Source: an uncultured virus (IMG/VR IMGVR_UViG_3300025821_000011) (taxonomy: Duplodnaviria > Heunggongvirae > Uroviricota > Caudoviricetes > Crassvirales). Taken from it: a stretch of DNA of 64,000 nucleotides. A program made the position numbers and the translations under genes. The notes beneath the pieces are model-generated. The model made no database searches. It was not told the DNA's origin and was given only the letters and a program-made list of their open reading frames with translations. Shown here piece by piece: positions 1 to 7,398 of the stretch. The first letter of the stretch is position 1; the number at the start of each line of letters is the position of its first letter. The DNA lies in the IMG/VR virus record IMGVR_UViG_3300025821_000011, one strand, 5' to 3'.

Positions 1-204
1 ATACACGAACGCGCTAGCGATAAAGCGTTTGCTAAAATGGAAATGTTATTTTTTGAAATCGGTAGCAACAAATTAGAACTAAAGTCTGGATCGTACGGTG
101 GTATAACCGAAGAAGAAATGATTATGATACTTGAAAGCAATCAAGCTGAGTTAAAAGTATGGAAATACATTGCGGAATTAATAGAAAAATCAAATAAAAA
201 CTAA
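1..204 (+). CDS. hypothetical protein, 5'-partial
   Basis: Frame 1 is open from the window start to TAA at 202-204 (own translation). Confidence 0.6.
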   Translation: MHERASDKAFAKMEMLFFEIGSNKLELKSGSYGGITEEEMIMILESNQAELKVWKYIAELIEKSNKN

Positions 205-209
205 ATATA

Positions 210-557
210 ATGGATAAACAAGCATTACAAGCAAAAGTAGATGAGTTAGAATTAACATTAAACTCTCTAGAGTCAACAGCTCAAACAACTAAAGATGATC
301 TTATGGAAGCTACTAAAAAATTAGAAGACGTTAGTAAACCTATAATTACTAAAGAAGTAGTAGAACAAATACGTGCTGCAGTGCATCATGCTATTAACGG
401 AATAGACTTCGGTGACGGATCTATGTATGAGTATGATTTTAATGTAGGTTATGACAATAGAATTGAAATAGAAAGTATAGAGTTTAACGACACTGATGGT
501 ATTGAAGAAGCTGTGTGTGATTATGTAGAAGATCTATTTAACATTATCGAAAACTAA
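210..557 (+). CDS. hypothetical acidic/coiled-coil phage protein
   Basis: 115-aa ORF with A-rich leader, coupled to the next ORF (TAATG). Confidence 0.8.
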   Translation: MDKQALQAKVDELELTLNSLESTAQTTKDDLMEATKKLEDVSKPIITKEVVEQIRAAVHHAINGIDFGDGSMYEYDFNVGYDNRIEIESIEFNDTDGIEEAVCDYVEDLFNIIEN

Positions 558-820
558 TGAAAACTAAAATCAATACAACACCTAAATGGTTTAAAGGAAC
601 TATATATGAACAAGGTGAAGAAGTTATAAATCCTTTTAGCGGCGAATGCTATACACTAAACGGTCTCGAGCTATCAATATACGACTTTATAATAGGATCT
701 CAATATGTATTTGAAGTAGCACCTAAAACTGTTACACCTAAGCAAGTTAATAACTTTCATAAAGCTTTAAATTGGTTTCGTAAAAATAACATTGATGCAT
801 ATATGATATTACTTGATTAA
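557..820 (+). CDS. hypothetical phage protein
   Basis: 87-aa ORF, overlapping stop/start. Confidence 0.8.
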   Translation: MKTKINTTPKWFKGTIYEQGEEVINPFSGECYTLNGLELSIYDFIIGSQYVFEVAPKTVTPKQVNNFHKALNWFRKNNIDAYMILLD

Positions 821-835
821 ATAAAAATAAAAATT

Positions 836-1036
836 ATGAGTTTACTATATAAACCTAAAGAAGAACAAACATTGACTTGTGATATTAAACAAGAAAACAA
901 TAAAATAGTTATAGACTTTTGGGCAGATTGCGGAAAGTTTGGAACTGATGAAATGCTTGACGGGTATGTACTTACTCCTGAAAGATTACTACAAATATTG
1001 CAAGACCGAGATGATTATACAGATGACGAGTTGTAA
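836..1036 (+). CDS. hypothetical protein preceding the first attC-like site
   Basis: 66-aa ORF; stop is followed by tattacttacAAC. Confidence 0.75.
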   Translation: MSLLYKPKEEQTLTCDIKQENNKIVIDFWADCGKFGTDEMLDGYVLTPERLLQILQDRDDYTDDEL

Positions 1037-1046
1037 TATTACTTAC

Positions 1047-1091
1047 AACGGTGAGTATAACACATCGTTTTAATGTGTGTTATACATTGTT
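1047..1091 (+). repeat. attC-like hairpin
   Basis: AAC ggtga GTATAACACA..cgttttaatg..TGTGTTATAC att GTT. Confidence 0.75.
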
Positions 1092-1130
1092 GTAGTAAGT
1101 ACGGAAAATTAAAAACTAAAATTAAATAGA

Positions 1131-1388
1131 ATGAAAATATTACATATTACACCGAGTACAAAAGGCTATGAAGAAGTTACTTTATTAGCAAATAGAATTA
1201 GCAAGACAAACGGCCTTAGTGCTATTGAAAAGAATGAAAAGCAGTTCATGACTGGTGGATTCTTAATAAACGATACACCACAAATAAGATCCGTATTGGA
1301 TGCGATACCAACCGATAAGCAATATGAATTTGTAAAGGAATTTAAGATGGAGCCTTTTGTACGGCTTTATTTAGAGGACGAAAAGTAG
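1131..1388 (+). CDS. cassette hypothetical protein
   Basis: 85 aa; flanked by gttgtagtaagtac / gtattcactacaac inverted repeat. Confidence 0.8.
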   Translation: MKILHITPSTKGYEEVTLLANRISKTNGLSAIEKNEKQFMTGGFLINDTPQIRSVLDAIPTDKQYEFVKEFKMEPFVRLYLEDEK

Positions 1389-1398
1389 TATTCACTAC

Positions 1399-1586
1399 AA
1401 CTTGAAAGTGTATGATTAGTAGCGTGAGATTAACAATAAATTAAATAAAAATGAACAAACTTGAATTTACAAACAAAGTATTAGACAACTTAAATGATTC
1501 TATAAGTGAAGATGGCAAAGTAGGACTTGCTAAATTTATAGAGCTGACAAATAAGCTGTATGAAGCTATTAATTATACGCATAGTT
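1399..1586 (+). repeat. attC-like hairpin with an ORF start in its loop
   Basis: Arms gtgtatgattagtagc / gctattaattatacgc, 6-nt and 3-nt spacers to AAC/GTT. Confidence 0.75.
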
Positions 1587-1678
1587 GTACGGAGGTTTGC
1601 GAGCATAAAAACGAAACTTTAAGACAAGGCGATGGTTTTACTTATAGCGTATGCTCTGATTGTGGAGAGGATTTATAG
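1451..1678 (+). CDS. chimeric small protein with Cys-rich (Zn-ribbon-like) C-terminus
   Basis: 75 aa; C-terminal AINYTHSC...CSDCGEDL identical to 2250..2477. Confidence 0.8.
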   Translation: MNKLEFTNKVLDNLNDSISEDGKVGLAKFIELTNKLYEAINYTHSCTEVCEHKNETLRQGDGFTYSVCSDCGEDL

Positions 1679-1694
1679 CAAACTTACTTACAAC
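1564..1694 (+). repeat. 131-bp direct repeat, copy 1 (copy 2 at 2363-2493)
   Basis: Identical by eye; identity ends exactly at AAC. Confidence 0.9.
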
Positions 1695-1779
1695 GGTTTG
1701 GCTAAAATGTAGTAGCCGACAAACGAAACTTAAATTGAAATATAAACTTTAACAGAGGCTATTCATTTTAGCTTTTGTT
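1692..1779 (+). repeat. attC-like hairpin
   Basis: Arms ggctaaaatgtagtagcc / ggctattcattttagct. Confidence 0.75.
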
Positions 1780-1795
1780 AGCAAATCGTAAAATT

Positions 1796-1942
1796 ATGGA
1801 CGAAGAAATACAATGTAATAATTGCGGTTGGACAGGAGATTCAACGATGTTAGTAAGCAAAACAGACTCTTTAGATGATAGAGACTTTAACTACTGCCCT
1901 GATTGTGGTAGTGATGATATTGAAGACATAGAAGATGAATAA
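1796..1942 (+). CDS. small Zn-ribbon protein (CxxC...CxxC), 48 aa, not in ORF track
   Basis: MDEEIQCNNCGW...YCPDCGSDDIEDIEDE; flanked by gttagcaaatcgtaaaatta / taattttatgtttgctaac. Confidence 0.75.
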   Translation: MDEEIQCNNCGWTGDSTMLVSKTDSLDDRDFNYCPDCGSDDIEDIEDE

Positions 1943-1955
1943 TTTTATGTTTGCT

Positions 1956-2082
1956 AACGTATATGGTTAAGTGTAGTACCGATAAAATCTACTATAACTT
2001 TAAATTACATACGATGAGAGATTTAAACTTTGACACTGGATATGATGTTATACTTGGATAGGTATTACATTTAACCTTTGTT
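1956..2082 (+). repeat. attC-like hairpin
   Basis: Arms ggttaagtgtagtacc / ggtattacatttaacc. Confidence 0.75.
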
Positions 2083-2197
2083 GTGCGCCGAAAGGCTTGT
2101 AGTGTGGTGCAATTCACAGACCTTATAAACGAGAGAGAACTTGCGAACAAACACGATGTTGGAGGTAGGCGACCAACAGCACCATATTACACACAAC
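2080..2197 (+). ncRNA. putative structured non-coding cassette
   Basis: No convincing ORF; gcc-GAAA-ggc hairpin, gtagtgtggtgc/gcaccatattac stem, gttgg..ccaac stem. Confidence 0.4.
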
Positions 2198-2385
2198 GAT
2201 TTGTGTATGATTAGTAGCGTGAAAATAACAGAACTTAATAAATAAAACAATGACAATAGACGAAATAAATACAATAAGACTAGCCTTAGATACACCAGAA
2301 AATAATAAGCACTACATAAAGCACACGACTGATGCAAAAATTATTTTAAACAAGCAACAAGCAGCTATTAATTATACGCATAGTT
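2195..2385 (+). repeat. attC-like hairpin with an ORF start in its loop
   Basis: Same arms as 1399-1586 around a different loop. Confidence 0.75.
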
Positions 2386-2477
2386 GTACGGAGGTTTGCG
2401 AGCATAAAAACGAAACTTTAAGACAAGGCGATGGTTTTACTTATAGCGTATGCTCTGATTGTGGAGAGGATTTATAG
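2250..2477 (+). CDS. chimeric small protein, C-terminus shared with 1451..1678
   Basis: 75 aa; different N-terminus, identical C-terminal 37 aa. Confidence 0.8.
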   Translation: MTIDEINTIRLALDTPENNKHYIKHTTDAKIILNKQQAAINYTHSCTEVCEHKNETLRQGDGFTYSVCSDCGEDL

Positions 2478-2493
2478 CAAACTTACTTACAAC
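2363..2493 (+). repeat. 131-bp direct repeat, copy 2
   Basis: Matches 1564-1694. Confidence 0.9.
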
Positions 2494-2546
2494 TAAAAGT
2501 ATAAGATTAAGCGTAGCGACCCAAAGGGTTAATTTTATACATTGTT
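2491..2546 (+). repeat. attC-like hairpin
   Basis: Arms gtataagattaa / ttaattttatac. Confidence 0.7.
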
Positions 2547-2585
2547 ATATTTTAGGGCGGGTTATTAACTATAAATTTTATTAAG

Positions 2586-2783
2586 ATGAACCAAATAGAA
2601 AAATTAAAAGCTGTTTTAAAGCAGGAAGAAAAACAGAATGAAGAAGTGTTTACAAAAAGTGCTTGGTGCAGAGAACACAAATTCGATATACAAGCAGATG
2701 TTTTGTATAAAGAATATGAAGCCAAAAGAAAACTTATGCAGACTATTAAGATGAAAGTTATTGATGAAATACTAGAAGTCTAG
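2586..2783 (+). CDS. cassette hypothetical protein
   Basis: 65 aa; flanked by gttatattt / aaatataac. Confidence 0.75.
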   Translation: MNQIEKLKAVLKQEEKQNEEVFTKSAWCREHKFDIQADVLYKEYEAKRKLMQTIKMKVIDEILEV

Positions 2784-2793
2784 CATTAAATAT

Positions 2794-2980
2794 AACGGAA
2801 TTGGGTATGGTTAGTGCCGTGAATTAACAAATAAATTTTATAAAAATGACAGAACAAGGAAAAAAAGTTTGGAAAGAATTAGAAAATATGGAGTGGAGCA
2901 ATGAGCCTAAAGATTTTCACTTAGAATATTTTGAAGACATTATAGAAGCAACTAAAAAGGCATTAACTATACCCGTTGTT
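2794..2980 (+). repeat. attC-like hairpin with an ORF start in its loop
   Basis: Arms gggtatggttagtgcc / ggcattaactataccc. Confidence 0.75.
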
Positions 2981-3151
2981 AGCAATAGTTTTATTTGCGT
3001 TAAAGACCAAGAACCACCCAAAAATACTGAACTAATAGCACAAGACCCTAAAGGCGGCAACTACCTAACGAGTTGGCGAGAATCTTATAAAATATTTATG
3101 TGCCAAAATAAACAAGAAGATTCTTCTGAATGGAAATGGAAGCAAATATAA
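2846..3151 (+). CDS. chimeric protein; C-terminal part resembles DUF551-type phage domains
   Basis: Reads through the junction as ALTIPVVSNS; C-terminal 'ICVKDQEPP...WKWKQI' pattern. Confidence 0.7.
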   Translation: MTEQGKKVWKELENMEWSNEPKDFHLEYFEDIIEATKKALTIPVVSNSFICVKDQEPPKNTELIAQDPKGGNYLTSWRESYKIFMCQNKQEDSSEWKWKQI

Positions 3152-3159
3152 TTATTGCT

Positions 3160-3224
3160 AACACTAAGATAAAGAACGTTTTAATGTTCTTTATTAACTG
3201 TTGACCAACGTTTTAATGTTGGTA
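3160..3224 (+). repeat. terminal attC-like hairpin plus CGTTTTAATGTTGGTA mini-hairpin
   Basis: gataaagaac-gtttta-atgttctttatt, then ccaac-gttttaat-gttgg. Confidence 0.65.
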
Positions 3225-3233
3225 ATTAATTAA

Positions 3234-3267
3234 TACAAACTAAATACGATCGCTAATTGATAATATA
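3234..3267 (+). promoter_or_regulatory. putative early phage promoter (TACARACTAAAYACGA-N9-GATAATATA)
   Basis: One of 7 similar copies, each shortly upstream of a + strand ATG. Confidence 0.7.
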
Positions 3268-3280
3268 ATAAACAAAAATT

Positions 3281-3886
3281 ATGAACCTACTTACACAAAA
3301 CTCTAAACTTAAAAAAACATCGAAAGAACTCGGGCTCCGGGTCTTTAACTTCGGTATTCCTGCCTACAAATCTGCTAGCGGGAAGCTGACATGCCCCATG
3401 GCCGACAGTTGTATAAAATTCTGTTATGCTAAGAAAGGAGCCTACATATGGAGTAACGTAAAACCTGCGTTTGAAAAGCGTTATGAATTGAGCAAGACTG
3501 ACGATTTTGTTGAAGCTATGAACGCTGAAATACGTAAGAAGAAACCTGATTATGTCAGAGTCCATGATAGCGGCGATTATTACTCTCGCGCATATCTAAA
3601 AAAGTGGATCGAGGTTGCTATACACAACCCTAACGTACGGTTTTACAGTTACACCAACATGATCGATATGATGCTAAAAGCTTCATTGCCAGATAATTAC
3701 GACATAATCTTTTCTGATTCAGGAAAACAAAAACATTTAATAAATGAAAGACAACACCGACACACCAAAATATTTTCTAGTCATAGCGATCTTGTTCATG
3801 CTGGGTATACTGATGCTTCATCTGTGGACTTATATGCAACTAGATGGTTTAATACCACCAACAAGGTAGGATTAATATTTCACTAA
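3281..3886 (+). CDS. Gp88-like phage protein
   Basis: TCPMADSCIKFCYA and VRVHDSGDYY motifs. Confidence 0.75.
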   Translation: MNLLTQNSKLKKTSKELGLRVFNFGIPAYKSASGKLTCPMADSCIKFCYAKKGAYIWSNVKPAFEKRYELSKTDDFVEAMNAEIRKKKPDYVRVHDSGDYYSRAYLKKWIEVAIHNPNVRFYSYTNMIDMMLKASLPDNYDIIFSDSGKQKHLINERQHRHTKIFSSHSDLVHAGYTDASSVDLYATRWFNTTNKVGLIFH

Positions 3887-3891
3887 AATAA

Positions 3892-4017
3892 ATGGATATT
3901 AAGCAAGAATTTAGAGAAGAAAAAAATATGGATGTTTACGCTACCAATGTAAACGATGGAAGTTTTAGCAATGTTTATGTAAAATGGCTTGAAGCAAAAT
4001 TAACTTTAACCGATGTT
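3892..4017 (+). repeat. 126-bp direct repeat, copy 1 (copy 2 at 6393-6518)
   Basis: Identical by eye, ending at ccgatGTT. Confidence 0.9.
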
Positions 4018-4140
4018 AGCCAACAACGTGAACTGTTAATTGCTTTTTCTGAATGTGTAGTAAAAGATGTTACAAGAAAAGGGCACGAAGAAGTAGTAGA
4101 TTATTTTTTAAAAAAGCATAAAGGAATTAATTGTGGCTAA
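3892..4140 (+). CDS. chimeric protein, N-terminus shared with 6393..6776
   Basis: First 42 aa identical; diverges right after GTT at 4015-4017. Confidence 0.8.
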   Translation: MDIKQEFREEKNMDVYATNVNDGSFSNVYVKWLEAKLTLTDVSQQRELLIAFSECVVKDVTRKGHEEVVDYFLKKHKGINCG

Positions 4141-4227
4141 CGGTTTGGCTATGATTATGTAGCCTTGAAACACAAAACTTTGAATTAAATATAAACTTTA
4201 ATAAGGGTATTAATTATAGCCCTTGTT
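4139..4227 (+). repeat. attC-like hairpin
   Basis: Arms ggctatgatta / taattatagcc. Confidence 0.75.
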
Positions 4228-4242
4228 AGCAACTTTGAAATT

Positions 4243-4533
4243 ATGGGACAACAGATAATAAAACAGCCAAACGGAAAGTATTGTTTATTTAGTAGTGTGG
4301 TTGATAACGTGACCTACTATGATATGACTAAAGAGGAAATTTTAGAAGTATGGACTGAAAAAGCTAAAAAAGACTTTGAGGAAAAGATTAATGACATTGT
4401 AAGTAAGCTTGATAAAGGCGAAAAGCCATACTTCCAATTTACGTTGAGTTATGAAGAAATGCTTCAAACAATACTTGAAGTACATAATGCTGATGAAATG
4501 CAGAATGTTAAAAGCACAATAGAAAGTAAATAA
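4243..4533 (+). CDS. cassette hypothetical protein
   Basis: 96 aa; flanked by gttagcaac / gttgctaac. Confidence 0.8.
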   Translation: MGQQIIKQPNGKYCLFSSVVDNVTYYDMTKEEILEVWTEKAKKDFEEKINDIVSKLDKGEKPYFQFTLSYEEMLQTILEVHNADEMQNVKSTIESK

Positions 4534-4547
4534 TTTTTATTGTTGCT

Positions 4548-4672
4548 AACGTAATTGTATAAAAATTGAAGCGTGTAAGTATGCTCCACGCATTGATGAG
4601 GGTAGCATATAATTAAACAAACAAAAGCGATTAATAAGACACTACAACTAGCTTTTGTTTTTATACTTTGTT
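4548..4672 (+). repeat. attC-like hairpin
   Basis: Arms gtataaaaattgaagc / gcttttgtttttatac. Confidence 0.7.
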
Positions 4673-4687
4673 GTAGTGCGTTTAAGG

Positions 4688-4933
4688 ATGAAAGAATTAC
4701 AGCCAACAAAAGCTAACAGAATTACAATACCAACAAGAGTAAAAAGGTTTGCAGTAGCTTATTACACAAATAGTATGGGTTGGGAAAATAGCCAACAATT
4801 TTTTACTACACCAGAAAGTGCAATAGAAAACTTTTTACGGTTTTATAAAGACCAAACTGACGATTATGCACCAAAGTTTTATAGTGTGTATGAAGTTGAT
4901 TTAGAGATACCTGTTATAAATGACCTAAAATAA
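4688..4933 (+). CDS. cassette hypothetical protein (start moved to ATG 4688)
   Basis: Flanked by gttgtagtgcgttta / taaatgcactacaac. Confidence 0.75.
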   Translation: MKELQPTKANRITIPTRVKRFAVAYYTNSMGWENSQQFFTTPESAIENFLRFYKDQTDDYAPKFYSVYEVDLEIPVINDLK

Positions 4934-4942
4934 ATGCACTAC

Positions 4943-5132
4943 AACGTTAAAGGCTATGATTTGTAGCGTGAAAATAACACTAACTTAAATAAATAAACAA
5001 TGAATTTAGAAACAGAAATTTACCAAATATTAAGAAAACATAGGTTAAGCCTAAAAAAACGTGAAGAAGTAATAGTTGATTTACTTGACTTTATTAAAAA
5101 ACGTGATGAAGCTATGAATTATAGCCAGTGTT
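4943..5132 (+). repeat. attC-like hairpin with an ORF start in its loop
   Basis: Arms ggctatgatttgtagc / gctatgaattatagcc. Confidence 0.75.
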
Positions 5133-5248
5133 GTATGAGCGAAGCTGAACAGTTGTTTTGCGATTGTGAAATACCTAAACCAACCGACCCATACGATGTA
5201 GTTGATAAACATATATGCCGTGACTGTAAGCAAATAATAGCAAAATAA
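5000..5248 (+). CDS. chimeric small protein with Cys-rich C-terminus
   Basis: Reads through the junction as AMNYSQCC; CxC...CxxC tail. Confidence 0.75.
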   Translation: MNLETEIYQILRKHRLSLKKREEVIVDLLDFIKKRDEAMNYSQCCMSEAEQLFCDCEIPKPTDPYDVVDKHICRDCKQIIAK

Positions 5249-5256
5249 TTGCATAC

Positions 5257-5317
5257 AACGACTCGTGTAAGATTTCGTTTTTGCCTTTTTCGGCAAATAT
5301 GAATTTTACACATTGTT
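5257..5317 (+). repeat. attC-like hairpin
   Basis: Arms gtgtaagatt / aattttacac, inner tttgcc/ggcaaa stem. Confidence 0.75.
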
Positions 5318-5369
5318 ACCCTTAGTAAGGGTTATTTAGAACTAAAATTAATTAAAACAATGAGAACAA

Positions 5370-5873
5370 ATGAAAAATATAGATTGGACAAATCAACATT
5401 GTGGAGTACATCAAGCATCTTTTAAACAGCTTGTAGAATTAATGCCTGACTTAGAGTGTATCAAAGAATCATTTCCTGAAAATGTAAACAATTTTACTTG
5501 GGACGTAAAAGTTCATATGCTTATGCCAAATCAATTCCCTTGCATACCTAACTGGCACTTTGACAATGTACCAAGATTAAATAATAAGCAGGATTTTGAT
5601 GCTGTAAAACTTGATAAACATATGTATTTATGGATTTCTAACGCTCCGTTTACAGAGTTCAGAAAAGACGGTGTAAACACTTTAGTTAAGCCTAAGACTT
5701 GGACTAAATTCACTCAAAAAGATGAGCATAGAGGAACTATGAGTAAAGACTTTCAATGGCGTGGATTCATAAGAGCTACACATCAAGATATTTTACCGCA
5801 AAATAAGAATGGATTAAACCCACATAGAAGACATTCACAGGTTTACTTAGACTCTGGAAACTTCTCTTGGTAG
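5370..5873 (+). CDS. putative 2OG-Fe(II) oxygenase-like protein (cassette)
   Basis: IPNWHFD (HxD), distal H (EHRG) and RGFIR; flanked by gttaccctta / taagggtaac. Confidence 0.55.
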   Translation: MKNIDWTNQHCGVHQASFKQLVELMPDLECIKESFPENVNNFTWDVKVHMLMPNQFPCIPNWHFDNVPRLNNKQDFDAVKLDKHMYLWISNAPFTEFRKDGVNTLVKPKTWTKFTQKDEHRGTMSKDFQWRGFIRATHQDILPQNKNGLNPHRRHSQVYLDSGNFSW

Positions 5874-5883
5874 TATTAAGGGT

Positions 5884-6006
5884 AACTGAATTGTGTATGA
5901 ATTGAAGCGTATAAATAAGCATTAAAAATTGAATATTAAACAACAAAAATAAATATTAACTGAACAACATATAAGCGGATAATAGCTTTTGTTTATACAC
6001 GTTGTT
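5884..6006 (+). repeat. attC-like hairpin
   Basis: Arms gtgtatgaattgaagc / gcttttgtttatacac. Confidence 0.7.
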
Positions 6007-6022
6007 CTTAACTTTAAAAATT

Positions 6023-6163
6023 ATGGGATTAAATAAACACAGATTTATAGTACAAATAATAGCAATGCCAATTACTTGGCTTTTAATGGTGCTAAAAGTT
6101 TTAGTTACAATACCTGCTTATATAGTAGCAAAATGTAACGATGTTTTAGATACTATAGAATAA
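6023..6163 (+). CDS. small membrane protein, 46 aa, not in ORF track
   Basis: MGLNKHRFIVQIIAMPITWLLMVLKVLVTIPAYIV... hydrophobic stretch. Confidence 0.6.
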   Translation: MGLNKHRFIVQIIAMPITWLLMVLKVLVTIPAYIVAKCNDVLDTIE

Positions 6164-6226
6164 TAATTTTTATTGTGGCCAACGTATGGTTATATGGTTA
6201 GATTTTTAACGAATAAATAAAACGAA

Positions 6227-6364
6227 ATGGAAATAGATATAGATTTAAACAAGCGAATAGAGTGGATTAAAGCAAGAGTTGAATTAGATGCACTTACTGA
6301 AGAATACATAAGATTGCAGATGCAAGAAGCTGTAATTGAAACGATAAACAAGTTAAATGAATAG
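6227..6364 (+). CDS. small hypothetical protein, 45 aa, not in ORF track
   Basis: MEIDIDLNKRIEWIKARVELDALTEEYIRLQMQEAVIETINKLNE. Confidence 0.6.
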   Translation: MEIDIDLNKRIEWIKARVELDALTEEYIRLQMQEAVIETINKLNE

Positions 6365-6392
6365 TTAAACAATAAATTAAATAAAAAAAACA

Positions 6393-6776
6393 ATGGATAT
6401 TAAGCAAGAATTTAGAGAAGAAAAAAATATGGATGTTTACGCTACCAATGTAAACGATGGAAGTTTTAGCAATGTTTATGTAAAATGGCTTGAAGCAAAA
6501 TTAACTTTAACCGATGTTGGCAATTGCCCATTTGAAGCTGATAATATATACAGGTTACAAGAAGAAATACGTAAACTAAGTAATGAAAAACAAGTCTTAA
6601 AGACAACAGTTAAGTTCTTAGAAGAAAAGATTAAGATAGATCCAGTATTAGATTTATTCTTTGATATTCCAAATGATAGGTTTAAAGATGTTATTGAAAG
6701 ACTTAATCTATTAAAGAAAAGCTGGGCTTGGAAGAACGAAGATAAATGCCAAATCATAGAAGGATCTGTATGGTAA
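6393..6776 (+). CDS. chimeric protein, N-terminus shared with 3892..4140
   Basis: 127 aa; ...LTLTDV followed by a different C-terminus. Confidence 0.8.
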   Translation: MDIKQEFREEKNMDVYATNVNDGSFSNVYVKWLEAKLTLTDVGNCPFEADNIYRLQEEIRKLSNEKQVLKTTVKFLEEKIKIDPVLDLFFDIPNDRFKDVIERLNLLKKSWAWKNEDKCQIIEGSVW

Positions 6777-6840
6777 ACATATTAATTTGGATAGTCTTAT
6801 TCCTTATATGTATTGTAATATTATTAGCGATAGAACATAT

Positions 6841-6874
6841 TACAGACTAAACACGAATTAAATTCGATAATATA
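6841..6874 (+). promoter_or_regulatory. putative early phage promoter
   Basis: tacagactaaacacga-N9-gataatata. Confidence 0.7.
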
Positions 6875-6889
6875 ATAAACAAATAACTT

Positions 6890-7111
6890 ATGAACAAAAT
6901 TGAAACAATTATGGTTGACTCTTCTGCTATATATAGTGCAGAATACAACACAAAGAAAAAAGAAATTATTGTATACTTTAATAACGATAGTATATATAAG
7001 TATCACAATGTACCAAAATTTATATGGCGTGGATTGTTTGATTCTGATTCTAAGGGTAAATTCCTTAACAAATATATATTTAAAAAATTCACTTATAATA
7101 GATTAGATTAA
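6890..7111 (+). CDS. KTSC domain protein
   Basis: VDSSAI..Y...YKYHNVP....DSKGKFLN pattern. Confidence 0.8.
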   Translation: MNKIETIMVDSSAIYSAEYNTKKKEIIVYFNNDSIYKYHNVPKFIWRGLFDSDSKGKFLNKYIFKKFTYNRLD

Positions 7112-7398
7112 TGACGGAAAAAGATATTACTAGAATTGCAGAAGCAACAGCTAAAATAGTTATAGATCATATTGAAGCTAAGCAAGACGAATGGAATAAT
7201 GAATTTGAAATAAATCTTAATGAATTTAATGTAAACCATACATTAGGTCGAACAGAAACACCAGATGAAAAACAACTATTAGAAACTACAATACTAGAAT
7301 TAGAAAAGCAAAGAACTAAAGCTATAGCTGATGAAGATTACTTGCTTGCTAGCAAAATTAATGCTAAGATAATTGATTTAAAAACAAAACTAAAATAA
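7111..7398 (+). CDS. hypothetical protein with UVR (UvrB/UvrC) coiled-coil motif
   Basis: KAIADEDYLLASKINAKI at the C-terminus. Confidence 0.65.
   Translation: MTEKDITRIAEATAKIVIDHIEAKQDEWNNEFEINLNEFNVNHTLGRTETPDEKQLLETTILELEKQRTKAIADEDYLLASKINAKIIDLKTKLK

Larger units (their letters stand above)
1047..3224 (+). mobile_element. integron-like cassette array 1 (8 attC-like hairpins, 7 GTT..AAC units)
   Basis: AAC..GTT hairpins at 1047-1091, 1399-1586, 1692-1779, 1956-2082, 2195-2385, 2491-2546, 2794-2980 and 3160-3202; each intervening unit has its own terminal inverted repeat. Confidence 0.75.
4015..6518 (+). mobile_element. integron-like cassette array 2
   Basis: Hairpins at 4139-4227, 4548-4672, 4943-5132, 5257-5317, 5884-6006 and 6181-6518; units have GTT..AAC terminal inverted repeats. 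Confidence 0.75.

Noticed and set aside
1047..6518. CRISPR array or simple terminators as the explanation for the repeated hairpins
   Set aside because: Repeats are not identical or evenly spaced, the intervening DNA is coding, stems lack U-tracts, and several are translated.
2071..6757. Minus-strand ORFs in the early region (2071, 3287, 4464, 5081, 5119, 5531, 6190, 6476)
   Set aside because: They are antisense shadows of well-supported + strand genes or hairpins.
1451..6776. Diversity-generating retroelement TR/VR pairs for the two duplications
   Set aside because: Copies are identical with no adenine-specific differences, and no reverse transcriptase is seen.
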